From Azolla caroliniana (Eukaryota; Plantae; Polypodiophyta): a stretch of 64,000 nucleotides of DNA. Shown here piece by piece: positions 33,242-47,171 of this stretch. The position numbers and the translations under genes were made by a program. The DNA is taken from positions 1,612,001 through 1,676,000 of the forward strand of contig JBHGNT010000004.1 of NCBI GenBank assembly GCA_043228905.1. Reading direction: 5' to 3'. How positions within the stretch are numbered: position 1 is the stretch's first letter; the number at the start of each line of letters is the position of its first letter. The notes under the pieces are model-generated. The model was not told where the DNA came from. It made no database searches and worked only from the letters and a program-made list of their open reading frames with translations.

Positions 33242-34170
33242 ATCAACCGTTTGTATCTCAAAAGATTATACCATTATTTGGGATAAGTTGCAAGAATTAC
33301 TATCTTCGTATGAGTCAATTCCTGATTTAGATGGGGGAGCTCAAAAGGTTGATTGGACGTTTCTTGGAAATAGGAGATTGATTATGATCTCATCAAACGA
33401 TGCTTATCACAAGTTGATTGACAAACATAAGTGGATGGACGAAAGGGTTATAAAGATATGGGGTTTTCATAAGCCCGTTACCTGATGGTTTCATGTGATC
33501 AAGGCAAGTTCATGTTGTCGATTGATGCTATGAGCTAAGGTATTCATTTGGAGAGTTATGGTTGGAGTTTTAACATTGGGGGATGCATTAAAAAAAAGAA
33601 ATATTGCTAGAGGAACGTGTTTCTTTTGTTTTGTGAAATTGGAACATTGTAGCCATTGATTTCTTTCATGCCCGATGGCTATTAAGATGGTTTGGAGGTG
33701 CATCAATTTAGTGTGGATGTCTCTAATTGGAGCAAGAGTATATTCTTTCAATTGGGTTTTGGCCCATATGGAGAACAATAAATCAATGCCTCATTTCTAA
33801 ATTATTTTTGAATTCTTGAGGTATTGGGGGGTATAGTTCAATTGGAATATGGAATGCCTTCACTTTTGATTCACAAGTTGTGATGAGAAAATATGTTGTA
33901 ATTGACAATGCTAGAGAAGTCACAATCTCAACCATTAAGAGAAAGAACTTCTTTTGTAGCAATTGACAATGCTAGAGAAGTCACAATCTCAACCATTAAG
34001 AGAAAGAACTCTACACAATCACATATCATCATATTCGCCATTTGAATTGGTTGTGTAGGGTGGCATTGAGTTTGTAGTCATCGTAGTGTTTAGCTCCCTA
34101 GAAGGGTTCTATACTTTGTAGTAAGTTTTTCATGGTGGTGTTTTTTTCTTTTGTAAAGTTAGTCATTATT
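33241..34170 (+). mobile_element. Degenerate L1-like LINE 3' fragment between (GA)n tracts in RLK copy 2 intron 5
   Basis: C-terminal zinc-finger-like remnant GTCFFCFVKLEHCSH*FLSCPMAIKMVW with a Trp-rich context typical of the ORF2 end. Absent from the same intron in copies 1 and 3. Confidence 0.6.
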
Positions 34171-34206
<36 letters not shown>

Positions 34207-37200
34207 CCAAAATTGCATTTGCAGGTGGCTTGGAAACAACTCACTCACATCCATACCTGAAAGTTTTTCATCTCTTGTTCACTTGATTGTTTTGTAAGCA
34301 CAAATTATTTGATGACAACTCTTTTCAGTTTTTCTTTTTCCATATAGTTGTATGTACTTATAAGAATTGGATGTTTGTTGTTGACATTGTAAAGAACGGC
34401 TCACATGAACAATTTTAGTATGACACTGCCACCAATATGGGGTGTAATATGGGTCAACTTCTCATACTTGGAAGTGATCAACCTACTCTTATTATGAGGT
34501 GCAATCCAACGATTAAGGCTCTCATGCTCTATATACTATTAAGTCATTTCAGTGCATACAAGCCATTACGTAAAGTAATGATTTAAAAGAAGACATGTAG
34601 TCATGGGTGGTAAATGCATACATACCATTATCTTCATAATATTACGGGAGCATATGTATAGTTCTCTCAAGATCAATAATTGTCTTCATCGCATGATTGC
34701 CTAAATAAGCTTTTGTCGAACACTACTTTGTGTGAAGGGACTTGCCCCACTCTAGTTTGTTCTTTTGAGATAGTGAGCCTCGGGTATATCTTCAATTTCT
34801 TATTCAAGTTAAGCATTATGTTGACTAATATCAAACAAAATGAGCTCATTGTAAATCATTATTGATCAATCAATGATGCCCATTATAAGTTGGACCTAAT
34901 TTAGGGTCTTTTAAATAACACAACTTTGAATCAAGAAACATACAATTTAAAATTGTGTATATTGAAGTCTTCTTCTCCTCGACAAGAATTTGAATGATGC
35001 TCACCTAACTGGATCTTTACCAGAAGAGTGGGGAGCTAGCTTAACTAAACTGCAAAGGTTGTATGTATCCATTTTTCCACTTCACTTGATATAGTGAAAG
35101 AAGATTTTATTCTTTTAGATAACCATTGAATGGATTGATTTATGCAATTTTTTTTAATGTCATGAAGATGCAATTTAAAGTTTATTCTACTTCTTAATTG
35201 TATGTAGGCATCTTTATAATAATGAGTTGATAGGATCTATTCATGAGAGTTGGGGACTTGTATGCATAAAAAGTGTTTCTTATTTAAGGCAAAAAAATCA
35301 TGACAACCCAAAAATAACTCGTTACCTATAACTAAGTATCTTATTATATACACATGCAAATGTATAAGAATAAGCTTAGTGGCGTTGTTCCATCCTGGAT
35401 GCAAGATCTCCAATCTGATACTAACAAAATGTAAGACCCGAGCAAAAACTATTGTATGTAGGTTCATGTATACACACACACACACACACACATACGTGTA
35501 CATACTACACATGTAATATACATGTTGCAACATTTTTGTGTACTTACGGATGCTTAATATATGTATGGTATATACATTTCTATATACATGTACAAATGTA
35601 CGTAAATATACATACATAAATTCCTTTTAAAATCAATTTCCTACAAGGACCTTATGAATAGAAATTGTTAAACTTCATACATGGATTGCGGGGACTTTAG
35701 ATGCAATTTCCTACAAGGACCGTGCCTAACTTTCTCTGACGATATCACGTAAGTCATGTGCAAATGCATCATCACTCTTCCCCTAATAAAATATGAGATC
35801 CTATCAAGGGATAAATCATAACACTTCTAACCATTAAAGAGAGTCATTGAAAGTCAAAACAATATGGACATAAAAGTTATGACTATTGAAAGTTGATGGT
35901 TTAAAATTAGATTCCCGAAACTGGATAACAGAAAACTCTAGGAGTATTTTGGTAGCTTTGTCTAGATATATGAGAAACCAAATCCTTGCTCACGTTTGAA
36001 ACAATGATGTGAGAAGGCATAAAATAAATACTGATGTTTGTCCTCAATGATCTAGTTGGAAAGGAAATTGCTTTGATTTAGACTTTGGGGGTCACAAGGA
36101 AGTATACGGAGACAATACAAGTTGTGAGCAATTTCTAAGTTCTTGCAAAGACAATACAAGTTGTGATACATTTCCAAGTAAGCTACTTATTTTTTGCACA
36201 TGGAATTGATCATTTTTAGATTATGATTTGGTGCAATTTTAATATGTAGATTTCAAGTTTTAGTATAATCCTTTTCGATTATAGCATCTAGTACCTTTCT
36301 TTATTATATAGTAGAAATGTCCACGATCCTATCTCCACATGCACACAAAAAAGTAGTAAAAAGATGCTAAATATATTTTAGAGGCTTGTCAAAGGATTAT
36401 TGCTCTTTACAATCTCTTCTCCATAAGATTGCACGTCTTGTATATTTTCAAGCTAGGGAGGAAGAGGTGATACTTTTTTCTTTTCATCTATTGGTAACAC
36501 GTTGGCTTAAACTCAATGTCTTGCAACCAACAACATTGTGCCAATGATCATCGAAGAAACTCCATGTTTGGCAAATAACAAACTTTCATCTTTAAATATA
36601 CCAAATTCTTAATTGTTTATGAGCACTTAAATCTCAAACTTCTTGTATAGAGAAAAAAACCTTTCCTAGAAAAGCAATCGTTGGCTCTGTGCTTGGAGTG
36701 GTGGTGATCTTATGTGGAATAATTTCCTTACTCTGGTGGCTGAAGCCTTTTTCAACATCAAAGGATCATAAGAGACTTAGAAATGATTTGACACCAAACA
36801 AGGCATCTCCAAATTGTATACCTAACCTATATTTTCCTATTCGAGTTTTGGTCTTTTGAGATAGATCAAGATACTGGTGATAGGGAGGTTCCCCCTGGTG
36901 TCAAACGGTTTTCACACAAGGAGATTATAAAAGCCACAAAATCATTCAACAAGGATTGTGAAATAGGAGAAGGTAGTTTTGGAAAAGTCTACTTAGGACA
37001 ACTTGATAATAATAGACAAGTTGCAATAAAAAGGGCCTCCGATGTAAGTTTTCAAGGTATAAAAGAGTTCCAGAATGAAATTATGTTACTTAGTCGGTTA
37101 CACCATCACCATCTTGTTTGGCTTGAAGGATTTTGTGATGACAAAGATGAGTAGGTATATATTATTGTGTATGATGTCTCTAGGTTCTTAGTAATATATA

Positions 37201-37884
37201 TCTTAGAGCTTGAGCAAACATTTAAAAATTACTTATTTGTTTTCAACGTTGACTTTGTTGTAGATCCTCGTCTATAAATTTATGAAACACGGGAATCTAC
37301 ATCACCATCTCTTTAGTAAAAACAGGTAACTTTGAAATTATATTTAGAAATGAAGAGAAATTTCTCAAATAACATAGGCTTGAATTGGACCTTCTATAAT
37401 GATTATAAATATCTTGCTAAAAAGTTGAAACATCTAAACCAATTTGAAGGGAATTCACCGTTAATGCATCTCCGTTGGTGCTAATCGTGATGGCATGTGG
37501 CAGGAAAGAATGCATTGACTTTGAATTGGTATAGAAGGCTTGAGATAGCACTTGCCGTTGCTTAAGGCTTAGAATATTTTCACACTTTTGCTGTAAGTAC
37601 CTCTTGCTTGGTATACATGAGAAGGTCTTGAATGTTGTACAAGCACTATGAAACCTATTAGCCTTATCTTGCCTTCATTTCCCCTCCTCAATGAAATGGC
37701 ATACCAATACGTGTGTTAGTATTTTTCAAATTCTAGTCACTCCTACATTCCAATGCTCCCATTTGCACTTGCTTGCCAATGTGCCCTCTTTGGCAATGTT
37801 CGCCACTAGGGCACCCTTGTTGGCATCTAAAGTGAGTGTGGGCTCCTTTGCATACTTTGCCACCGCCTTAATGTTTTCTATATC

Positions 37885-37975
37885 AAATCGACACCCCATG
37901 TTGTGAACTATGTTTGCACCTGCACTATCGCCTCTAAAGACACGCCTTTCCATGTTGAGCTCATATGACATCATT
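37885..37975 (-). pseudogene. Captured fragment of a carboxylesterase (CXE/HSL-family alpha/beta hydrolase)
   Basis: Translates NMERRVFRGDSAGANIVHNMG, the GDSAG nucleophile-elbow motif in its typical NIVHN context. Lies in an insertion absent from copies 1 and 3. Confidence 0.55.
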
Positions 37976-38289
37976 AGTTTTGGACTCTCTTTTTATTTAT
38001 TTAGCCATTGAAAAATTCAAAAAAAGGTTCAATCTTGAGAAAGTGAGGACCACTAGGCCTTTAATCAATTACCAAACAACAATCACGAAGATATCCAATC
38101 ATATATAATGTAACGAGTTAAAATTGGCTATAACACACATTCCCTTGCTTCCACTAATTGCATAACAGGTAATGAATCATATCATAAGGGATTGGATGTA
38201 GAAGCTCACCCACTCATTGCATAACGGGGTAATGAATCATTTCATAAGGGATCAGATGTAGATGCTCAGACACCCTCCCATATTTTACT

Positions 38290-38484
38290 AACACAACTAT
38301 CTATATGCATGCATGCAAACCGATACATACATACACACACATACATATAAATATATACATGCATACATGTACATCGAGACATTACATACATACATATACA
38401 CATACACACATAGAAAAATGCATACATGCATACGTGTATATAGAGACAATATACATACATACAAGCAAGCAAACCTACACATAC

Positions 38485-38532
<48 letters not shown>

Positions 38533-38615
38533 TACATACATACATACATACATACATACATACATACATACATACACATCCACACACATATGTATGCATG
38601 TATGTATATAATAAG
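38290..38615. repeat. Compound microsatellite (CA)n/(TACA)n
   Basis: Visible directly; it generates several spurious ORFs. Confidence 0.95.
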
Positions 38616-39824
38616 AATGTAAATATATGCTTGGAAAAAAACACAAACAAACACATTCACCCATTGGATGCCGGTGAGCAAATTGCCATAGCAGTTGGGT
38701 AACAATGGTCGAGCGCTCAACGGTAATTGATGTAACAAGTTGTTTATATGTCCATCCCCATGTCACTTGCCTTCTATAGTTATCCACAATATATGAATGA
38801 TAAAACTATAATCTATTTTTAACGTTCATATATGTATGTATGTATGGATTTATCATCAATGTTTAACATTTGTTGACTCTTATCTTATTTCATAGATTAT
38901 AATGGTTTTTTTGAGATATCCATAATTTGTGTCTAATGGACAAATCTTCATTGACACAAATCTTATATAAAAACTTAGTTCTCTGTGCATGTAACATTGA
39001 AATTCCAAATAAGAGAATATATATCCTTGAAAAAAAAAATCTTTATTCATGTGTGTATGTGACTTATGTGTGGTGTGTGATGTATTGGACATTATGGATT
39101 GTTGAGAATCAAACTCAACTTCCCTAGTGTGGGAACACACCTTAGCATATTCAAGTGTGTGAACACCCCACCTCTTAATATAGTAACTAGTGTGTCATAG
39201 AACCTTAAAGTTCTATTACACATATTTAGTGTAGTTAAGTCTCCACCTCTCTTTAGTAAGTGGTGGTTGTAAAAAGAGAATATCGTGAGAAGGGGACTAT
39301 ATAAGCACCTCTCTCTCTCACACACTCTCTCTCCCCTTGTAATGTCGGTTGTCTTATTCTTGTTAAGACAGTTTTTCGGTGTTTTCTGTATACATTGTTC
39401 TCTCTCTCTCTCTCTCATTCTAAATCAAGATTTTAACATCCTAACAATAAACTAAATTCTAACATTATCCTTCCTTTAAGAAATAAAATAATCTCCAATA
39501 TAATGAATCATTGAAGATTTGAGATTTTATCATCTTCACTACATTTGTCTTTTCTTTCTTTCTGTCTAGTATGTTGCAAAATACCATGAAAGCCTAGGCT
39601 TGCAATATAGCAAAATTCACAATGCATGGATAGCTATCAAAAGAAAAAAATAAAACCATAATAAAAAACCAGAGAGGCTAAACTAATAAAAGTGAAAATC
39701 TTGTTGAATCTCTCTAGTAGTAATCTCTCTCTCTCTCTCTAAGTCAGTTTGTCTTTTTAATCATATAACTCTTCACAAATCTCCAAACTTCTCTCTTTTA
39801 TATCTCTTCGATGAGTTGAGCCCA

Positions 39825-40047
39825 CTACTGCCCAAGCTTGGCTTTTTGCTTCTACCACAACCTATCCACAACATTGTCTGCATTGCCTTGAGCTCTAACG
39901 AACCCTGAAAGTGTGAATGTGGTGAACTGGCCAGTGTAGTGACCGTTCTCATCCAAATGGCCTACATTCAATTGCACCGAAGCATGATCCTTGGCCATGA
40001 TCAATCAATTCGAAGCAAAACATTTCCTCTCCTTCTTCGTTCTGCAT
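39825..40047 (-). pseudogene. RPS21: Processed pseudogene of 40S ribosomal protein S21
   Basis: Minus strand reads MQNEEG[~23-nt deletion][65 protein letters not shown], a recognisable eS21 sequence with no introns. A 3'UTR-like stretch extends to about 39417. Confidence 0.92.
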
Positions 40048-40074
40048 CTTGAATTCATCTCAAATGTATGCATA

Positions 40075-42688
40075 GGTTTGATTGTGAGTAGGTTATTGAA
40101 GATAATAAACAACCACACTTGAGCATGAACCTTAATCGAGCGCCCATGTATTCGAACATGGTTGAGGATATGTTACAAATGACAAAGATACAACATGGTG
40201 CCACACTAGAATGCAAATGGGAAGCTTTCAAGAAAGTCATTCTCTCCTGTACAAACAAATGTTTTTCGACCAACCGCACATTGTGGAAATGCACCAAGAA
40301 ACTTAGGAAAAAATGGTTTGATAAAGAATGTTGTGAAGCTCGAAAGTGCCTTATGGTTTTGGATGTGGTTAAGGATAAAGAGAATTACCAAAAGCATGTG
40401 CATGAGTATAAAAGGCTTATTCAAAGAAAGAGAAGAATATGGGAAGTTACTAAACAATTTATCTAAACGCAAGAGAAAGCACATGCATGTGCTAAATTTT
40501 GGGGAAATCTAAAGGGGAAATGTGTCGAGAGTTATGGTGACTTAACTCTTCACGACTTGTCTATGCATTATAAGAATTTATATGAGTTATGTCTTGCCAG
40601 AAAGATGGTGTGTTATGGTTCTCTTTCACATACGTCTCCCTTCTTTACAATTGAAGATATATGTATAGGACTTAAGAAATTGGCTTCTCGAAAGGCAAGC
40701 GATCTTCAATGTATAAAGGCTGAAATGATAAAATTGACGGGAAAGGAAGCATATGTATGGATAAACGATATGTTTAATGATGCATTGCAACATGGTATGT
40801 CGTATGATTGGACTACAAATTGGATCAAACCTTTACATAAAGGTGGAGATGTAAATAATGTGAACAACTATCAAACCATCATGGTTGGCTCATCAATGGC
40901 AAAACTATTTGGATGTATAATGGAATCAAAGATAAATGTATGGGCTAAAAACATTGGTAAGAGAGCTTATGGACAAGTTGGCTTTCGAAAACACCATAAC
41001 ACCATTGATCACCTTGTCACCCTTCGAGTATTAATGGAGGAAAGTCGCCTTAGAGGTAAAGGTTTATATTGTTGCGTTGTAGACTTCAAGAAAGCTTTTG
41101 ATATGGTATCTCGTGAGAATCTTTGGAGGCGAATGGAAGAACTTGAGGAGCCAAGTGAATATATGCTTGCAATTTCCCGAATTTATCAGAAGGTTATATG
41201 TTGTGTGCGTATGAGAGATAGACTTTCAGATTTTTTCAATAGCACTATCTGTGTTAAGCAAGGATGCCCACTCTCACCAACACTATTTGATCTATGCATT
41301 AATGAATTGGAAGAAATGGTTACCAAGTTTGCAAAGGAAGAATGTGTTGAAGAAGTTGCCATTGGGAATGTTGTGATTATGCTTTTGTTATATGCAGATG
41401 ATGTAGTGCTTTTTGCAAATATGTTAGGAGATGCACAAAAGCTTATGAAGGCATTGAAATTTTTTTGCATGCACATACTAAATTAAGCGTCAATAGCTAT
41501 AAAACAAAGATTATGCTTGTGAAGAGCCAAAAAAGAGATAAACCATGGATTATGTACAACAATGAGCCACTTGATTGTGTGGAAAGCTTCAAATATCTTG
41601 GACTTGAAGTTCCTTCAAATCATAAATGGAATGAGTGTGCTACACGCCGCTTAGAGGCGGGTAAGAGAGCATACTATGCATTTGAGAACAGATGCAATCT
41701 TGGAGATATGAAGTGTTGGGTCCTCAAGAAATATCTTTTCGACACTCTGGTGACACCGGTTCTTCTCTATGGGGTGGAAGTATGGGGTAGTAGCATCCCT
41801 AAATCTACGTGGAATGAGTTTGAAAATGTCCAAAAATATTTTCTTACAAAGTTTCTACAAGTTAAGAAACAAACGTTGTACACCCTCCTCCTTGAGACGA
41901 GATCGCTTCCCATTGAGATCATGGCCATGGAAATGGTTGTTGAATACATGCTTAAGGTTCAAAAATGTCCCTCACATTGACTTCTTGGAATTGCATGGGA
42001 AGCAAGCAAAAAGATCCAAAAGACGCATAAAAGGAAAATTTTGTGTTTTGGTTGGATGCAAGATATAGAAAAGTGGTTTGGTAGATGGGATGGGAAACAC
42101 TTTTTTCATGATGCATCACTAGATTCCTCTATAAATGAGGCATTTTTGCAACACCAATGTATCATGACATGGGACAAATGTGGAGGCTCACGCTTCACAC
42201 ATTATACTACACATGTTGCACCTAACTACAAAACCATATTCTTTGTGGAATGGGGAAACCGTACACATTGATACATGTTAGAGCCCGTCCCATTATCTGT
42301 CATTCGAACCATTGCTTCCATGCAACTTAGCTCACATGCATTGCGATGTGAGATAGGGCGTTAGGGCACAAGTGATGAGAGTGGTCGGCTATGCATACTT
42401 TTCCCTAAACAAGTTTGCGAGTTTGAGTATCACACTTTGATAAAATGCTCTGCCTTTGATAATATTCGATCATGCTTTCTATATCTCTTTGATTGAGCCC
42501 AATCCTTGCTCAAATTTCTCTCACAACCACCATGTGCAATCTCGATTGCAACATTAATTGGTAAAGTTCTTGACCATCGAGAGTCACTACTCACTTTCAC
42601 ACGTATCACGTGAAATGTAATATTTTTGGTCTCATAGGTTATATTTGACCTTCGAAGAAGATAATATAATCTATCTATCTATCTATCT
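40075..42688 (+). mobile_element. 5'-truncated non-LTR retrotransposon (RTEX/RTE-like LINE) with an (ATCT)n tail
   Basis: KWFDKEC, QVGFRK, DFKKAFD, KQGCPLSPTLF, LLYADD, FKYLG and C-terminal HALRCEIGR..C..EYHTLIKC motifs, with frameshifts and stops. ATCT repeat tail at about 42669-42688. Confidence 0.9.
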
Positions 42689-42848
42689 CTCTCAGCCACA
42701 CACACACACACACACACACACACAAATATCTCTTCCATTGCACATAATCATATCCGATTCTTTACATGGTATCAGAGCGATTGGTAGCATGATCTAAGTG
42801 CATGATAGGAACTACACGCTCCAGATGAACAACGCTCGGCCACAACCG

Positions 42849-43455
42849 AGTTTAGAATCAAAACACAGAAACGGGGAATGAATGCACGACACGATGGAGA
42901 GAAGAGTACACAGGATGTTTACGTGGAAAACCCAAACATGGGAAAAACCACGGCAGTCCACTGCCTGCTAACTATCACTATGTAACAATATACAAAAAAG
43001 ATGAACACAGAGGCAACGACCTCTTGTTCACTGTCTTCGCCACAAGCGGCAGTTACAACAGAGGCAACGACCTGTTCGTGTCTTCCTATCTCTCTCTCTG
43101 TACACTGTTGCGCTCTAATCTTGCACCAACAAGAATGACAACCACCACACAATAAAAGAGTTTGCCCTAAGTCATATTTATACTAATATGACTTTTCGGC
43201 TATTTACAAATATAGCCCCGATGGACTCTCAGGAAACGTATTTATGAATATGTCCCTTCATCCGGTGAGCACTTCTCACCGGGCCTTCACCATCCGGCTC
43301 TTGCCGGGTACTCCTCATCCGGTTCTCACCGGGTCTTCCGTAGCCGGGTACTCCCCATCCGGTTTCTCATCAGCACTGTTCTCATCAGCCTCGATCGAGT
43401 TTCTCATCAGCACTGTTCTTCTCACTTCCCATCCGGAGGGACCTGTTTCCTAACA
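42849..43455 (-). mobile_element. Solo LTR (about 607 bp) inserted in the copia 5' UTR
   Basis: Ends CCTAACA; the other end is degenerate (AGTTTAG). Minus-strand TATAAATA near 43176-43182. Contains TTTACGTGGAAAACC..AAAAACCACG, a motif seen in plant LTRs. TSD not clean. Confidence 0.6.
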
Positions 43456-45002
43456 ACGCATTCATGTGTGTTGTGTCTAAGCCTACGCTAAGGAAGAACT
43501 GGTTGATCGTTGTAGCAGTTACCTACACAGTTCGTATCACAGAGAAGAAGAAGATTTATCATGAATACTTAGATGGGAATCGATCTTCCCACCAAGAAAC
43601 TCGACAAGAATAACTTTGCATCTTGGGAGTACAAGATGCACCAATACCTTGTCGACCAAGGCTATTGGGGTTATATCGAGGGAGCACAAGAAACACAACC
43701 CAACCCAAAAAATGCCGACTACCCAGCATGGGAGCACGTTGCGAGCAGTGTGTTGTACTGCCTTGCATCATGCGTTCATGATCACATGCTCGGCTACACC
43801 ACAAGAAGATTTTCGCGGCCAACACGGCTGCATACAAGCTTCAACAGAGGGACGTATCCATCGACAGCTACACCTTGAAGATCAAGGAGTTATGTGATGC
43901 CCTCGGGTCGATCAATGTCAACCTTGACGACGATGAAACAATGTAGATTCGTCTCGGACGCTTAACACCTCGATTCAGCGCCATCGATAGTCCTCGCGAG
44001 GGAGAATCCTCCCTCCTTTGATCTCTAGTCGATGCTGCTGGTTGAAGAGAATAAATGACATGTTCGAACAAGAAGCAATATGCAAGGACACATGCTCTAT
44101 TCAAATTTTGATGGAGGAAGAGGAGAAGATCGTGGAAGACGAGGTCGATTTGGCCAAGGCTGACACAACCAAGAACAACCCCGAGAACACAACTTCTACT
44201 ATTGGCAAGATGTTTCAAACGCGCGAGGCGGAGTGTCTAGTAGAAGGGGGTGCAATCATGTTGGAACACCCAACCGATAGAACAACTCCATCTAGTGCGG
44301 ATATTATGGAAAATTCGGCCACTACGAGGCAGAGTGTTGGGAAAAGAAAAGTGAGACAACATTCACTAGCCGACAACTCACCAACTACGCCTCAACCTTC
44401 GACTACGATGATCATGGTGGAATGTTCATGATGCGGCATAGAGTGAATTCGAAGACGACATCGTGTTTGACAAGCATTTGCAACTTAGATGATGTATGGC
44501 TTGTCGATTGGGGTGCATCTAATCACATGATGTCTCATAAAGATTGGTTTCAAGAACTTGGAAAGTCCGAACGACCTGACTATGTTGAAACTGGGGATGA
44601 CACAATCCACCCCATTCATCATGTCGAAAATGTCTCTTTCGGCGAATAGGGTAACCAAACCTAAATCTAGAACGTCTTGCATGTTATAACGATAATGAAG
44701 AATCTGGTCTCGGTCAGCTAGATCGTGGAATGGGGCATGCAAGTTCGCTTCAACGACAATGGGTGCTTCATCGAAAAGGAAGGCCGGATTATCGCTCAAT
44801 GTCGAAGAGAAGGACGAATGTTTATCCTCGACTCTCACAAGATGAAATCGACAATGTTTGGCAAGGGCCATAAAGCCGACGCCGACATAGAGATGTGGCA
44901 CAAACGAATCAACCACATTAATCTCTAGAAGCTCAAAGGAATGCAGTCGAAAAGCGTCTTCATCAGACTCCCGACCTTTACTAAGAAGGACATTATGGAC
45001 GT

Positions 45003-46250
45003 TGTCATGGGAGTCCGCGCTTGCATGTCGGATCCGGGCGCGACCACCAGGGTCATGGACCAGGAGGGGAGGAGTTGTCGGGGACCCGAATCTTCCGGAG
45101 CTTGCCGCGTCCCCGACCGGTTCGATCCTGGATACTCTCAGGACACGACCGGTAACTGCACGGGAAGCGAGAGAGTGCGCCCTCGTCCTTGCCGCCCCTT
45201 TCACCCATATGTACAAGGAGCCCAAAAGAGGCATGGGACGCGGCTCGGTTAACCGCGCCCGCACACACGCACACACCCATATACACACCCGGTTACAACC
45301 AACACCTCTACACCGGAGACCACACACGCACCCGCTCTCGGACCCTACGCTAACCGGACACACACACACACACCTACACACGCAACGCTCGCTACGAGGC
45401 CAGTTCCACACGGAGGGGAAGTGGGAACCTACATCCTAGGGCCGGTCGGGGAGCTCTCGGGCTCGTCCGCGCAACGGGACCCTCATGCAGGGCACGCCTC
45501 TTCCGGAACGACCGCCTCTTGTGCCAAGCCGCCTTCAGGGAGCGCACGTGCTCGCTGAACCGAGTGGGGTCTTGTGCGCCATGGAGGGAGACCTGCCAGC
45601 GAACCACCTAGCGCGTAGGCTCTGCATAAGCGATGGAAGCCATCACCTACACACACACACGCAGACATGCCGGATAGCGGAGTGCTAAGAGCCAACGAGC
45701 AAGAACTCGGGGGAAGCACAGACAGTCCGCATGCCAGCTACCACAACCGATCACACCACCTACGCACGCACACAGAAGTCACCGAAACCCTAACAGAAAA
45801 CTGAGACAACGCACCCCTCCACCAAGACGAAGAGAAGACAAAGTATATATATGTAAAGGGGGAAGATACAACCCCCGGCTTTGAGCTGGGCCACATCCAG
45901 AAGAAGAAGATCTTAACCCTAACAGAGCTTTGCCGCCATGGCTGCGACGCCCCACTTCTCAAGAAGGAGAAGAAGAAGAAGACTACCAAGAAGTTACTAA
46001 CCCTAGAAGTTCTTAACAAAATGACCCTCGACCAAAATGGTATACCCTTATGACTCAAAATGGGCAAACCCTTCACAAGAAACCCCCCCCTTCCTTTTAT
46101 AGCCCAAGGAGGGAGGGACATTACAATGTGGGATAAATACTCCCCGTTATTCTATACACCGTTTTCCTACTATACATGTGCACATGTTGCACACCACCGA
46201 CTCGCCCATTACACCTTGGTTTCACACTATAGCCGGAAATCTTCACGACA
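45003..46250 (-). mobile_element. GC-rich solo LTR (1248 bp, probably Ty3/gypsy) inserted in the copia integrase zinc finger
   Basis: Termini TGTCATG...CACGACA form an inverted repeat, flanked by ACGT/ATGT. Removing it restores MDV|CEACQFGKQHR. Minus-strand TATAAAAG near 46093-46100. Confidence 0.8.
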
Positions 46251-47171
46251 ATGTATGCGAAGCTTGCCAGTTCGGTAAACAACATCGTCAACCGTTCTTG
46301 AAAGAGAGGAACGTGAGCAAAGGGATCCTAGATGTAGTACATTCAGATGTATGGGGACCAACCCAAATGGCAACATTCGGTGGTTGCCGATGCTATACGA
46401 CGTTCATGGACAACTTCTCCAGACACAATTGGATCTACCTTATGCGGTAGAAACGCGAAGTGTTCGGTCACTTCCAAAAATTTAAAAACGAAGGCGAAAA
46501 GGCAATCGGTCGGCATGTCCGATGCCTTCCATTGGACGGCGGCAAGGAGTATTTCTCCGATGTGTTCACAACATACCTTTGACAAGATGGAATTCAGTGG
46601 GAGTTTACCTGCCGACACAAACCTCAGTAGAACGGAGTGGCCGAACAAAAGAACTAGCATATACTCGAGGTGGCAAGGGCAATGATGAATGAGAAATGTC
46701 TGCTCAATATTATACTGGGTTGAAGCGACGAACACAACCATCTATCTAATGAATCGGTGCAGAACATTCGAAGTGCACAGTGTCACCCCCCACGAAACGT
46801 TCTCTGGAAAGAAGCCGAACTTATCCCTCGTCAAGATATTTAGTTCTATCGCCTTCGTACATATTCCTGACGAGAAACGACAAAAGCTCGATCCTAAGTT
46901 AGAGAAATGTATCCTCGTGGGATACTCGCTCGAACAAAAGGGGTATAAGTGCATCAACCCTCTAACAAGAAGGTATGAGTGAGTAAGTATGTCGTATTTG
47001 ACGAATCGACATCCTGGTACATAGTCGACTCAACTCCATTCGACCTCATCGAAACAGATTTCGATATAATCAATTCAGAGGAGGATGATCGACAAAGGCT
47101 TACAACAGAGGCAAGTCCAATCTCAACCATGTTGTGTGGACCAAAGGAACCTCCAAACGACCAAATCACGT

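Noticed and set aside
38266-38787. Cys/Val/Tyr- or His/Thr-rich ORFs (also 19630-19917, 35237-35617 and 62773-63221)
   Set aside because: Translations of (CA)n/(TACA)n microsatellites in introns.
44485-45411. 308-aa minus-strand ORF
   Set aside because: It spans the junction between copia pol antisense and a GC-rich solo LTR, and has no recognisable domain.
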